A stretch of DNA of 64,000 nt from an uncultured Verrucomicrobiae bacterium (GCA_963836755.1 CAWIKF010000002.1:1440001-1504000), one strand, 5' to 3'; positions 1-9,329 are shown, counted from the stretch's first letter. Numbers and translations: made by a program. Notes: generated by a model not told the origin, from the sequence alone.

Positions 1-571
1 CGTAAGCCATGTTGCCGATGTCTGCCGCGGCGAGAGGATCGGTCGCGGAGTTGGTATAAAGAAAAATGCCGCGTGAGACCTGCACGTTGATCGTGCCGGC
101 GATGCCAAGCGAATTGTCAGCATCCACCTCGCAACGACCGACGATGCGCAGACCCGCGGTGTCGCTTGCCGGCACGGCGTTGCCCGCCGCATTCCGCGCG
201 ATCATGCCGCCGGGATAAAGATGCGTTGCCGCCTCCACCGGGATTGTGACTGTGTCGCCCGATCGCTGCTTCGCATCAAAGGGAGCAGTCAGCAGCGCGC
301 CGATCGCGAGGCCGCCGGAAAGAAAGAGGTTCCAGAGATCAATCGATCGCGCATCGCCAGTTTTTGCGAGGGCGGCCGAGCGCAACACCGGGCGGTAGGC
401 GAGATCGACACCGGCCGGAGCGAGCTGTGAAAGCTCGACGGCCGGCGTCGGGACCCCAACCAACGAAGTTTGTTTTTCAAGCTCGGCTTGTTTTGCATGC
501 TGCGCACAACCCGTGAGGGCCGGCAGGAGGCACAAGGAGAGGCTTGCAATGAGGAAGCGGAAGTTTTTCAT
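1..571 (-). CDS. Capsid cement/decoration-like protein with N-terminal lipoprotein signal (3' end outside window)
   Basis: Hand-translated, not in the ORF track: MKNFRFLIASLSLCLLPALTGC...LTAPFDAKQRSGDTVTIPVEAATHLYPGGMIARNAAGNAVPASDTAGLRIVGRCEVDADNSLG...VSRGIF..NS..DPLAAADIG. Lies directly downstream of protease I. Confidence 0.7.
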   Translation of the reverse strand, partial: MKNFRFLIASLSLCLLPALTGCAQHAKQAELEKQTSLVGVPTPAVELSQLAPAGVDLAYRPVLRSAALAKTGDARSIDLWNLFLSGGLAIGALLTAPFDAKQRSGDTVTIPVEAATHLYPGGMIARNAAGNAVPASDTAGLRIVGRCEVDADNSLGIAGTINVQVSRGIFLYTNSATDPLAAADIGNMAY

Positions 572-634
572 AAGTTTGATTGCTGCGGTTTTTTCGAAAA
601 GTTCGGGAGCTGGGTTTTAAGATCGGAAAAAGCG

Positions 635-1648
635 CTATTTGGTTTTGTCGAAATCCGCCTTTTGGATGCCGAGCAATTGGCAGACTTGCGCCGCGCCGGT
701 GTCGCCCGGATTGGCCACGGAGAATGCCTGGACGTTTTCCGGCGTGCGCTGTTCCACCGGCACGGTGCCGGCGGGCAGCTCCGAGACGAGCTTGCGGAAG
801 GCTTCCACGGGGAGGCTCTTCGCGGAAAGCGGGATCACTTTTCCTTCACGCAGCGCATCGGCCTCGATGCTCTCGCGCTCGACTTTTTCAAAGGAAGCGG
901 TGAGCGCGGTAAGCCTCTCGGCGAGAGGCTTGATGGCCATTGCGATCGCCTTGCCCATTTCGCCGTCGCCAGTTGCGGTCGCGTCGCTTTTCTTCGCAAG
1001 CGTTTCGGCGGCGGTTTGGATGTCGGAATCCTCGGAATTGGGATCAATGCCGAGGAGGGTGCAGAGGAGTTTTTTGTAGTCCATGGTTTTTGCTTGAGAG
1101 ACGACCGCCGTGTGTTTGGCGGAAAGTGGTTTTAAAAAATCAGCGCTTAGAAAAGTGAGGCCCCGCACCTCGCCTTGCGGGCAGAGCGCCACCGAGTGCA
1201 GGAAAGTAACTTCGCCGTTTTCATCCAGGAGCGGCGTGGGCGAGAGGTCGCTATATTCGCGCGCATGCTCGGTGCCGCTGGGCGTGTAGCTGAGCGCATC
1301 GACAAAAAGCCCTTCGCCTTCGATCACGATCGGCGCGCCGTAGCCTGCGACCTTGCGCGGGTTGGGCTGAAAGTTGGGATGGCCGGGAAGCGAGTTGTGA
1401 TCGTAGTCGAGCGCGATGCGGTCGAAGCCAAACTTCGCCTGGTTGGCCGCGAGGCTCTTGAGGGTGTTCGGCCCCACTTTCACGATCCCCTTGGTCGCCG
1501 TTTCATTGTCGCCCCAGTTGAGCAGCTTGAGCCGCGTCGGGAGCTGGTTGCCTTTGAGCGCCTCGTTTTGGATCGCCTGCAAAGCGACCAGCCCTTGCGG
1601 GACAGACGCCGCGTGCAGGGCGAGCAAAGTGAACGCGTTCAAAATCAT
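635..1648 (-). CDS. Mu-like prohead protease I / scaffold
   Basis: IALDYDHNS, YSDLSP and LHSVAL motifs; C-terminal helical scaffold region with a possible internal start MDYKKLL at 1084. Confidence 0.85.
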   Translation of the reverse strand: MILNAFTLLALHAASVPQGLVALQAIQNEALKGNQLPTRLKLLNWGDNETATKGIVKVGPNTLKSLAANQAKFGFDRIALDYDHNSLPGHPNFQPNPRKVAGYGAPIVIEGEGLFVDALSYTPSGTEHAREYSDLSPTPLLDENGEVTFLHSVALCPQGEVRGLTFLSADFLKPLSAKHTAVVSQAKTMDYKKLLCTLLGIDPNSEDSDIQTAAETLAKKSDATATGDGEMGKAIAMAIKPLAERLTALTASFEKVERESIEADALREGKVIPLSAKSLPVEAFRKLVSELPAGTVPVEQRTPENVQAFSVANPGDTGAAQVCQLLGIQKADFDKTK

Positions 1649-1751
1649 TGAGCGGCGAGTAAAGCGCGGCTCCGCGTGAAGGTCTAAAGACGCTGCGAAC
1701 GCTGCAAAGAGCTTGCTTGACAGCATCGCCGAATATGGCGATCCTCGGGGA

Positions 1752-2495
1752 ATGTCTTACGATGGAGGCAAAGCCGGCGCGGGCGTTTACCAGGCGCTCA
1801 TCAACCTGATGCCGGCGCACGATCTTTATGTGGAGCCCTTTCTCGGCGCCGGAGCGCTGTTGCGCAAAAAACTTCCCGCGAAAAAAAACATCGGCGTCGA
1901 GCGCGATCCTGATGTTTTACAAATGTGGCGAGGCGATGAAATCCCGAACCTCACTTTGATCGGAGGCGATGCGTTTGAATGGTTGCGCGCGGCCTCGCCA
2001 AAAACGGCGAGAGGATCCCGCATCGCAAAGAATGGCGATGCGGGCCCCAGCGTTTTTTCAGAGGCACGCACGCTCATTTATTGCGACCCGCCTTATGTCA
2101 CGAGCACGCGGAGCTGCTCGCATCGCCCTTTGTATCGATGCCAGTTGAGCGATCGCGATCACGCCGAGCTGCTCGGCATTTTAAAAACGATGCGCTGCGC
2201 CGTGATGATTTCAGGCTATCGCTGCGCGCTTTACAACCGCCTGCTTGCGGACTGGCGCATGGAAAGTTTCTGGACCACCAACCGCGCCGGCCGCCGCGTG
2301 CAGGAATTTGTCTGGATGAATTTTCCGCCGCCGCGCGAGCTGCACGATTATCGTTTTCTCGGGACAAACTTCCGCGAGCGCGAGCGGATCAAGCGGCAGC
2401 AAAAACGCTGGCGCAATCGGCTCGCGAAAATGCCGGCGCTGGAAAGGCTCGCGTTGATGAACGCCATCGCGGAGATTCACTGCCATGAAAGTTGA
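1752..2495 (+). CDS. Dam-like (D12 class) N6-adenine DNA methyltransferase
   Basis: YDGGK, YVEPFLGAG (motif I), IYCDPPY (motif IV), VMISGY. Confidence 0.9.
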   Translation: MSYDGGKAGAGVYQALINLMPAHDLYVEPFLGAGALLRKKLPAKKNIGVERDPDVLQMWRGDEIPNLTLIGGDAFEWLRAASPKTARGSRIAKNGDAGPSVFSEARTLIYCDPPYVTSTRSCSHRPLYRCQLSDRDHAELLGILKTMRCAVMISGYRCALYNRLLADWRMESFWTTNRAGRRVQEFVWMNFPPPRELHDYRFLGTNFRERERIKRQQKRWRNRLAKMPALERLALMNAIAEIHCHES

Positions 2496-2697
2496 AATTC
2501 AACATAAAAACTTGGGATTTCTAGAAATCGACGCAAGCGGTATCGACGTGAACGAGGGCGTGGTTGTTTTGCGAGACGTTAACAAGGTCATCATCGCCAT
2601 TTTTCCCATCAGTGAATTGCACGCTGTGCAGGTTCCGGATTTGATCGTATCGAAAAAAACACGAGACGAAGAGGAGGAAGAGGAAAACGCTGTTTAA
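2485..2697 (+). CDS. Small acidic hypothetical protein
   Basis: ATG overlaps the MTase end; AT-richer; 70 aa. Confidence 0.55.
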   Translation: MKVEIQHKNLGFLEIDASGIDVNEGVVVLRDVNKVIIAIFPISELHAVQVPDLIVSKKTRDEEEEEENAV

Positions 2698-2706
2698 ATC
2701 GAATTT

Positions 2707-2895
2707 ATGAAAATCAAAATTTTTTGCGACACCAGCGTTCCCGATCTTGAGAAAGAGGTGAATCAATGGCTTTTGAAAAACAACGTGGAGATTCACAAGA
2801 TATTGCAAAGCGAATCATCCGGTGGTGCTTTTTCGATGACGATCACAATCGTCTATCGGGAGCGCAACTCGAAAGCGCTCGCAACGCTGGTCTAG
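2707..2895 (+). CDS. Small hypothetical protein (Cse60/DUF2758-like pattern)
   Basis: MKIKIF...LEKEVNQWL...ITIVY pattern, 62 aa. Confidence 0.55.
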   Translation: MKIKIFCDTSVPDLEKEVNQWLLKNNVEIHKILQSESSGGAFSMTITIVYRERNSKALATLV

Positions 2896-3332
2896 CGGCT
2901 CGTAATCGCGCGTAGCTTGGCCATCGCCACGGCGCGGATTTTTTGTTTCGCGATCGGCGTCATCTGCGACTGGCCGATGAACGGAAAAAACGGCCGCGCA
3001 GGAATGCCGGAGCCGCGACCGCTGGTTTTGCGGCTGCCGAGTTGCTGGATCGCCGCATAGACGCGATCGCTGCCGACTGTGACGCTTTCGTTTGAGAGCG
3101 CGGAGATGCTGATAGATTGCCAGAGCGCGCCGCTCTTGCGCAGGAGCCGGTGTGGCGCCGGTTTCTTGCGCGGAGGCCACGGCCGCGCTCGCAGGCTTTC
3201 ATCAGAAAATGCACGCTTGGTGATCGACACCAATTCCAAGCCCATCGCCTCCAGGATTGGCTTCTTGTCTTTCACTCCGCGCGCCGCGTTCGCGAGACCG
3301 GGCGTGATCCGATCGTGAAATTGAAAACTCAT
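2892..3332 (-). CDS. Phage virion morphogenesis protein (Mu gpG-like)
   Basis: LLRKSGALWQSI...VTVGSDRVYAAIQQLG...IPARPFFP motifs; follows MuF. Confidence 0.88.
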   Translation of the reverse strand: MSFQFHDRITPGLANAARGVKDKKPILEAMGLELVSITKRAFSDESLRARPWPPRKKPAPHRLLRKSGALWQSISISALSNESVTVGSDRVYAAIQQLGSRKTSGRGSGIPARPFFPFIGQSQMTPIAKQKIRAVAMAKLRAITSR

Positions 3333-3640
3333 TGCCAGGGCGATTGACCCGCCAGCGCCTGCACAGGCTCGCCTTCGACTCGCGCACACTCGACCGGATC
3401 GCCGGCGCGAATGAGGCCGCTGTATTCGAATTTCAGCGCGTCCAGGAACGGACGCCCGGCGTCCGCGTAAATCGGCTCGCCACGTGGCGGCTGCGCGATC
3501 CCGAAGGTAAGCTCCTCGCTAACGACAGCATCATCGCATGTCACGCCCGTTTCCTCCGACCAATAGACGGTCGCGATCCGCTCCGGTTTGTCGCCGGCAT
3601 AGCTTGTGATCTCGACTTTGAATTTAGTGGACATCGCCAT
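3329..3640 (-). CDS. Small acidic protein, candidate immunity protein for the MuF toxin domain
   Basis: Overlaps both the MuF stop and the gpG start; this is the typical toxin-immunity position. Confidence 0.55.
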   Translation of the reverse strand: MAMSTKFKVEITSYAGDKPERIATVYWSEETGVTCDDAVVSEELTFGIAQPPRGEPIYADAGRPFLDALKFEYSGLIRAGDPVECARVEGEPVQALAGQSPWQ

Positions 3641-5213
3641 ACGTGCCGCGTTGCAGGAGCCCGCGCACTCGTTTAAACATCTGATCCATCGCCTCGGGCT
3701 CTATCAACCCATTCAATTTACCACGGATCTCATTTTCGGCACGAGCAAATACTTCCAGCCTGGTGCGGTTCCCGGCGCTGATCTTTCGTCCCTCCAGCGG
3801 CCCGCCAAAGCGTTTGTTGGTCCGGGTAGTGGAAAGGCAGAGCCCATTGTCAATGCACGCAAGCTTTCGCTCACCGCCCACCTTCCGGTGCATGATGTTT
3901 CCGGGATGCCGGTCGAGGTGGCAAAGCACATCATCAAGGAGCTGCCATTTATGCTTGGTCTCCAATGGCAGCTCACCCAGCACCACGTGCAGCTTTTGCT
4001 CCAAGGTTTTAAAGCCTTTCTGGAAAAGTTGTGCGCTGCCGATCTTGTCCTGGTGCGTGATGATTTCAGTGGGAGGCACTAGATCGGTGCCAAGGTATTC
4101 GTCGATGATCGATGCGGCTTTTTCACGCAGGTATTGCGTGCCCGGTGCGACACCTTCGCGCAGATAAGTCGGATACTCTCCTTCCAGCGATTTGAAGACG
4201 ACGTTTACGCCATTCTCTAATTTTTGCGTGTCGTTTACGCCGCCGCCGAGATTCGTGGTTTTGGTAAAAACCGCTTCCGCAATTTTTCTCCGCGCGATCT
4301 GCGCTTCATGCGTGGCGACCGCGGGAATTGGAAATGAGACAGGGCTCCCGCCGAGCCAATCCCAAATCGACACGCCGAGCTCCGGCAGCACGAGCCGCTT
4401 TGCCCATTGCTCAAACTCGTGGAAAGTCTCCATCCCGCCTTGTCCCTTCGCGAGATATTGCGCACGCAAGAGATCTAGTGACATCCGCATATCGCCGGGG
4501 TGCCAGGCGAACGCGCCTTCCTTCCCGCGCTCGGCATCGGAGCTCACGTTGTAGGCCACGCCGTTGCGCACCAGCCGGCGCGTGCTGGTGAGCTCGCGCT
4601 GCGCGTGCTCGTTTAAAATCAGCTTGTGATCGCTCGAGCGTTTTTCATCCGCTTTTTGGATGTCTTCGTAGTCATCCTGCGAGATCGGGATGGCCTGGCA
4701 GCGGCAGCCCCATTCCCAAGGCGGGAAATGGCTTTTCCAAAACTCGTGATCGCACGGGAGCACAATCCCATCGAGCGCGGCATGCGTGGGCCGCACCCGC
4801 GCGTCTTCCATGCTCTTGTATTGCCAGAAAGGGAAAACGTCCCGCTGGCGGTCCATCACATCATAGGCGCTTGCCTGATAGGCTTGGAATCCGTGCGTGC
4901 GCAACAGCAGCTCAGCGCGCGTTTCCGCCGCGTGCGTGTTATCGGGGTTTTCCTCATCCGTGCGCAAAAAAGGATGGAGTTTTTGCACCAGGTCTTTTTT
5001 AGCCTCTTCCCACGGCACTCCGGCCGGCAGCGCCGCGATCCCATCGCGGATGGATTGGAGGACGCCCATGTCTTCCACGCCCTTGATCGCAAACGCCCGC
5101 GCCTTGAGCTCCGGAAGCAGCCGGTCAAAAACCTGACGTGAGACGAGCGGCTTGTTTTTGAGGAAATCGATCGCCGCCTGGTGCGGCGTGGGACCGAAGA
5201 GAAATTCCGGCAT
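3624..5213 (-). CDS. MuF (gp30) head morphogenesis protein with C-terminal PI3/PI4-kinase/HipA-like domain
   Basis: MuF core WQYKSMEDARVRPTHAALDG...FPPWEWGCRC; C-terminus LGGGVN..VFK..REKAA..LVPPT..GSAQLF..DRHPGN..IDNG. Confidence 0.85.
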   Translation of the reverse strand: MPEFLFGPTPHQAAIDFLKNKPLVSRQVFDRLLPELKARAFAIKGVEDMGVLQSIRDGIAALPAGVPWEEAKKDLVQKLHPFLRTDEENPDNTHAAETRAELLLRTHGFQAYQASAYDVMDRQRDVFPFWQYKSMEDARVRPTHAALDGIVLPCDHEFWKSHFPPWEWGCRCQAIPISQDDYEDIQKADEKRSSDHKLILNEHAQRELTSTRRLVRNGVAYNVSSDAERGKEGAFAWHPGDMRMSLDLLRAQYLAKGQGGMETFHEFEQWAKRLVLPELGVSIWDWLGGSPVSFPIPAVATHEAQIARRKIAEAVFTKTTNLGGGVNDTQKLENGVNVVFKSLEGEYPTYLREGVAPGTQYLREKAASIIDEYLGTDLVPPTEIITHQDKIGSAQLFQKGFKTLEQKLHVVLGELPLETKHKWQLLDDVLCHLDRHPGNIMHRKVGGERKLACIDNGLCLSTTRTNKRFGGPLEGRKISAGNRTRLEVFARAENEIRGKLNGLIEPEAMDQMFKRVRGLLQRGTYGDVH

Positions 5214-5228
5214 TTGCCCCCGCGCCGG

Positions 5229-5624
5229 TTAAATCGCCTCCATGTAGCGCCGCAGGTTTTTCCCGCTCCAGAACTCGGGATCGGCCCGCACGGCGGCGAC
5301 GTGCTGAAAGTAACTTTGCAGGCAAAACGCATACTGCCCAGGCGTGCGCTGCTCGCTTTTCACGAAACCCGCCCGCATCAGCCGGCGCAGCGAATCGTAG
5401 CTGATGCCGAGCCCCAGCTCCTCAGTGATGTTGGCCTTGAGGCGCACCATTTTATCGTGCAGGCGGATCACCGGGCGGTAGCTCCCATCGGCCTGCGGCG
5501 CCCATTCGAATACGCCGAGCTTTGCGGGGAGCGGGATGTGTTCCGGCCACGGGACGGTGGGAGCGTCGGGCGTGACCGTCACTTTAATGCCGGGTGGATA
5601 AACAGGGACGGCGATTTGGGGCAT
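5229..5624 (-). CDS. Putative winged-HTH DNA-binding protein, candidate late activator
   Basis: EELGLGISYDSLRRLMRAGFVKSEQRTPGQY HTH-like segment; last gene of the early arm. Confidence 0.5.
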   Translation of the reverse strand: MPQIAVPVYPPGIKVTVTPDAPTVPWPEHIPLPAKLGVFEWAPQADGSYRPVIRLHDKMVRLKANITEELGLGISYDSLRRLMRAGFVKSEQRTPGQYAFCLQSYFQHVAAVRADPEFWSGKNLRRYMEAI

Positions 5625-5703
5625 GCTTGAAAAAAGCCGGCGCGACAATGGCAGATTCGCCACAAACTTCAAATCCCGCGCCCGCACGGTTGGCAGCGTT
5701 TGA

Positions 5704-6021
5704 CTACGGGAGCGGCCGGTAGCTTGTGGACCGGCTAAACTCCACGTAGCTCGGCAGCATTTTCGCGAGCGGCCTCGCCGCGTTTTGGATTTGCGAAAGC
5801 ACCTCGGGATTGTCTTTGCCGAAATGTTCCGCCGCAAAATGGAGGCTCAGGAAAGCGACGCAGAGGCTACCATGCGCGCGGCGCAGTTCGGAGAGCTCGC
5901 GCCGGCGGGCATCGCCTTTTGGATCGAGGAGGTTCATTTGCCGAGATGGCGGCGCAGGTTCAAGGCTTCGGCGCGCGCCGATGTCGAATTTTTGAAGCTC
6001 ATGTTTTTTCGTTGCTTCCAT
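5704..6021 (-). CDS. Phage hypothetical protein
   Basis: ORF in the tightly packed early operon. Confidence 0.5.
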   Translation of the reverse strand: MEATKKHELQKFDIGARRSLEPAPPSRQMNLLDPKGDARRRELSELRRAHGSLCVAFLSLHFAAEHFGKDNPEVLSQIQNAARPLAKMLPSYVEFSRSTSYRPLP

Positions 6022-6185
6022 GCCATCGCCTTTTTCCGACTGCGTTCCGCGCGACACCAATCAACTGCACTCTCGATCGATTGTGGAACCACGCGTCGGG
6101 TGGCATAAAAGCCGTCGTCGCTCACGTCGAAATAGCGTTCCAGCATCCGCCGGGTATTGGCAGGAAGTGCGTCGTAGTTCTTCAT
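5934..6185 (-). CDS. Phage hypothetical protein
   Basis: ATGA overlap with upstream gene. Confidence 0.45.
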   Translation of the reverse strand: MKNYDALPANTRRMLERYFDVSDDGFYATRRVVPQSIESAVDWCRAERSRKKAMAWKQRKNMSFKNSTSARAEALNLRRHLGK

Positions 6186-6331
6186 TTGCCGAGACGGAGC
6201 TCCGCCACCATGAAGCGCCTGGCAAAAGCCTCCCAGCACAACGCGCGGCCGGTGTGGAGCGCGAGCTTGAAGCCGGTGATCTGCTCGTAAGCGGCGTGGT
6301 GTTCGCGCGGGGTGCTCACAAGATTTTCCAC
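6182..6331 (-). CDS. Small phage hypothetical protein
   Basis: GTG start overlapping the upstream stop; fills an operon gap. Confidence 0.35.
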   Translation of the reverse strand: MENLVSTPREHHAAYEQITGFKLALHTGRALCWEAFARRFMVAELRLGK

Positions 6332-6546
6332 CCCCACTTTTTTAGAGTTTCCATCGATTCGCGCGCCTCGCAAAACCAGACGGAGAAACATTCGTCGGCT
6401 CTCCAGTAAACCTCTTCGACCTCGCGATAATTTCCATCCACGTCGATTTTGATTCCCGGCACGGGCGCAAAAGGAAGGCTTCCGTCAATGGCTAAGGGAA
6501 TCTCCGCCTCAGTTTGAACGATGAACTTTACCGTGAACTCCTTCAC
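6316..6546 (-). CDS. Phage hypothetical protein
   Basis: GTGA overlap, 76 aa. Confidence 0.5.
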   Translation of the reverse strand: MKEFTVKFIVQTEAEIPLAIDGSLPFAPVPGIKIDVDGNYREVEEVYWRADECFSVWFCEARESMETLKKWGWKIL

Positions 6547-6869
6547 AATTTGAGCTCCGGTTGATAGCTACCGTGGATCGCGGCCTCGCGGCGCTCGTCA
6601 AACAACGCGCGAGCCTCGTCTTCGCTCAGCGCCTGGTAAACGCCTTCGTGCCCGCGGTTTTCCTCATCGACCAGCCGCACAAACCCGAGCTGCACCAGCT
6701 CCGTTGTGCGCGGGCGAACCTGCAAGAGATCGATGTGGGCGCGCGTGGCCAACTCTCGCGTTGTGCCAGGACCATGGATTTTCCATGCGTGCCAAACCAA
6801 ACGCCGCATCGCCGGCATCCGCTCCTGCAAATCCTCCCACGTCGCGTTGCGATAGTCGATCGGGGTCAT
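6543..6869 (-). CDS. Winged-helix DNA-binding protein
   Basis: GPGTTRELA...VRPRTTELVQLGFV wHTH pattern. Confidence 0.6.
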   Translation of the reverse strand: MTPIDYRNATWEDLQERMPAMRRLVWHAWKIHGPGTTRELATRAHIDLLQVRPRTTELVQLGFVRLVDEENRGHEGVYQALSEDEARALFDERREAAIHGSYQPELKL

Positions 6870-7189
6870 GAAAACGGGCAGTGAAGGTCGGGATCGCCGT
6901 AAGCGCCGGTGTATTGCGCGCGTGTGAGTGGCCGCACCGCGACCACGCGGATGAAGCGGCGGACATTTTTTGCACGGCGACGGGCGGTGGTTTCGCCGCC
7001 CTTGTAGTGGAGCGCTTTTTGGAGCGTGCCGATCATCGTCCCGTCGCTCACCTCGATCATCACGTCACACCCAAAAACCGGCGCGCTGAGTTTCACCTCG
7101 CGCAGTGGCCATCCGCATTTTTCGCAGCGTGGGCTCCCCTCGAAATCGAGCCGGTGACACACTTTGCATTCCATCGCCGTTTCACACAT
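6866..7189 (-). CDS. Zn-ribbon phage protein
   Basis: CKVC...CEKCG. Confidence 0.5.
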   Translation of the reverse strand: MCETAMECKVCHRLDFEGSPRCEKCGWPLREVKLSAPVFGCDVMIEVSDGTMIGTLQKALHYKGGETTARRRAKNVRRFIRVVAVRPLTRAQYTGAYGDPDLHCPFS

Positions 7190-7628
7190 GGCTTTTCTCC
7201 CATTCCCAAATCCGCTGCCCGCCTTTCGCCGGCGCCGGCGTCGCAAGCGGCGTGATGTTTTTAAAATGCCAGGCGAAACGGCCGGGCGAGAAATCACCAA
7301 AACAAAACTGCGTCGCAAAATCGGGAGCCTGGAAATTGCCGGGCAGCTCGAGCTGGCGCGCATCACCGATCAACTCCTCCACCGGATAGATCGCCACCAG
7401 CTCCACCGTGCAAAGCACGCACCCGCGCGGCAGATCGGGATCGCACCTGTGCAGGCCCCAGCGAAACGCCGGCGTCGCGGCCAGCTCGCGAGCGGCGCGC
7501 GGATATGCCTTTGCCGCGTGGATCGCGAGCGGCCCGCGGTAATCGATCTGCCAGGAGCGCGTTTCCAGCCACTTTATTTTCGCGGTGACGAGCGAGGCCC
7601 AAGGCTGCCAGAGCGTGAGCGCTTTCAT
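7182..7628 (-). CDS. ASCH domain protein
   Basis: MKALTLWQPWASL...LETRSW...YRGPLAIHAAK...KGGQRIW. Confidence 0.88.
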   Translation of the reverse strand: MKALTLWQPWASLVTAKIKWLETRSWQIDYRGPLAIHAAKAYPRAARELAATPAFRWGLHRCDPDLPRGCVLCTVELVAIYPVEELIGDARQLELPGNFQAPDFATQFCFGDFSPGRFAWHFKNITPLATPAPAKGGQRIWEWEKSHV

Positions 7629-7978
7629 GTGGCCGACGTCTCCAAATGCGAAAACATTTTCGTATTTGCCTCGGGAAAAACTTCTTGCCCAATGAGAAAC
7701 CGGCGGTAGCGCTCCGGAGCCACCTTGAAAAGTGGCCTCGAAAAAAGACTCAAAACAGGCGCCGCGTTGACATCGCGGCGACGGGATATGCGCAAACGCA
7801 AATCCTCATCCAAGCGCCGGGACGTTCGGCAAAAGCCACGGAAGCCTTTCGTCAAAGACTGGAAGCAGGCCCGCGAGATAATCACCTTCGCGCTGGCTTT
7901 TGCGAAAGTGATCGCCTTTCTTCTCGGTTTGCGGCCGTGACGGGTCGCTACGCGGAATTGGCACGTCTGTGTTCTCAT
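7625..7978 (-). CDS. Basic phage hypothetical protein
   Basis: ATGA overlaps at both ends. Confidence 0.4.
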   Translation of the reverse strand: MRTQTCQFRVATRHGRKPRRKAITFAKASAKVIISRACFQSLTKGFRGFCRTSRRLDEDLRLRISRRRDVNAAPVLSLFSRPLFKVAPERYRRFLIGQEVFPEANTKMFSHLETSAT

Positions 7979-8721
7979 CCGCACAAAGCCAGCGGCGCGA
8001 CGGCTCCGCTATTGTTTAACGGTGTATTGATGCGCGTATCCTGTCCGCGCTCAAATCCGCTCATGAGCGCAGTTTTATTCTGCCGGCCACAGTCGAGCTT
8101 TTTCGGCTTTCCCATGTTCGGAATCAGGAGGTTGAGATAAGTCTTTCGCCGCGCTGACTCCGCGAGCACCAAGGCGGTTTTTGAATCGTCCAGCACCACC
8201 TCTTTTTCGACCTCGCGAAGCTGTTGGGTGAGACCGTAGATGAAGCCCTGAATGAATTGCTTGCGCTTGCCGCTGCTCATCTTTCGACGCGCCTTGCGCT
8301 CCGCTTTTTCAAAATCGCGAAGCTCCATTTTCCCCGCGCGCACAATGAACTCGAAAGAATAGTGCGCGATCATCACATCGGTTGCCCGTCCGACGAAGAC
8401 AAAGCGCGGGTAGGAAATGCAGGCTTCCACTCGAAAGAAGTGCGTCACCACATTGAGAGCGCGCGCTTGGAGGAAACTAATGCGTTTGCCCAAATGGAAC
8501 CACTCGTGAGCGAGCTTCTCGCTTTCCTCGTCGAGGTTCAGCGCGTCGAGGTCGACCCGATATTTTTGCGCAAGCCGAAATGCGCGCTCGAGTGCGAGCT
8601 CGGCTTCGTGGCGATTGGAGCTCTTTCCCAGGCGAAGCAGCTTTTTGATTTTCTCCGCGATGTCCGCCGGCGCTTGTTCGGAGGCCGGTTTCGCATCAAA
8701 ATTAAATTCTGCCTGGCTCAT
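7975..8721 (-). CDS. DUF2786-domain protein
   Basis: EKIKKLLRLGKSSNRHEAELALERAFRLAQKY. Confidence 0.8.
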   Translation of the reverse strand: MSQAEFNFDAKPASEQAPADIAEKIKKLLRLGKSSNRHEAELALERAFRLAQKYRVDLDALNLDEESEKLAHEWFHLGKRISFLQARALNVVTHFFRVEACISYPRFVFVGRATDVMIAHYSFEFIVRAGKMELRDFEKAERKARRKMSSGKRKQFIQGFIYGLTQQLREVEKEVVLDDSKTALVLAESARRKTYLNLLIPNMGKPKKLDCGRQNKTALMSGFERGQDTRINTPLNNSGAVAPLALCG

Positions 8722-9329
8722 TTTCGCGCCTCCAACGCTTGCTGATACGCCTCGTTGAGAGCGGCCATCGCTTCATTGCTGCCTCCGCGATCGGGATGTC
8801 GTTGCATCGACAAATTCCGATAGGCGGATTTGATGGCCTCCACGCTTGCGCTCGGCTCCACGCCGAGAATTGCATACCACGCGTCGCCGGTTTTCTCCGG
8901 CAGCGCCGCGAATCCGGTGAAAGCGCGATCCAAAAGCTGCGAGCTTCCCCAGCGCTCAATCCCGCGCAGCGCCTCGATCGTTTTTTGGATCGCGCGCATG
9001 TTTTTCCACACGGCGTCGTATTTGTCGCAGGCAAAGCAGACCTGCTTTTTTTTGCGCTGGAAATAAACCGCAACGCCCGGATCGGAAGGAGCGCGCACGT
9101 CGGCTCGCGGGAAACCGTCCCGGCGCAACGGCATGTTGGTCGAGATGACCACGTAATCCTTGATCGTGAAACTGCGCGCCTCACGCCCGAGCGCGATCCG
9201 ATCGATCTCGCCGATCAATTCGCGTCGCACCTTGTCCTGCGTGCCGTCAAATTGTCCCCGCTCGCGCAAATGCGCCGGCGTGCGAGCCCAGCCTTGAGGC
9301 CATAGCAGAGGGTAAGCGTAAGGGTCCAT
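8718..9329 (-). CDS. Phage DnaJ (J-domain) protein
   Basis: YPLLWPQGWART N-terminus; C-terminal WYAILGV...HPDRGGS. Confidence 0.88.
   Translation of the reverse strand: MDPYAYPLLWPQGWARTPAHLRERGQFDGTQDKVRRELIGEIDRIALGREARSFTIKDYVVISTNMPLRRDGFPRADVRAPSDPGVAVYFQRKKKQVCFACDKYDAVWKNMRAIQKTIEALRGIERWGSSQLLDRAFTGFAALPEKTGDAWYAILGVEPSASVEAIKSAYRNLSMQRHPDRGGSNEAMAALNEAYQQALEARK

Noticed and set aside
289..549. 86-aa minus-strand ORF
   Set aside because: Wrong frame; the overlapping ORF from 571 carries the recognisable domain
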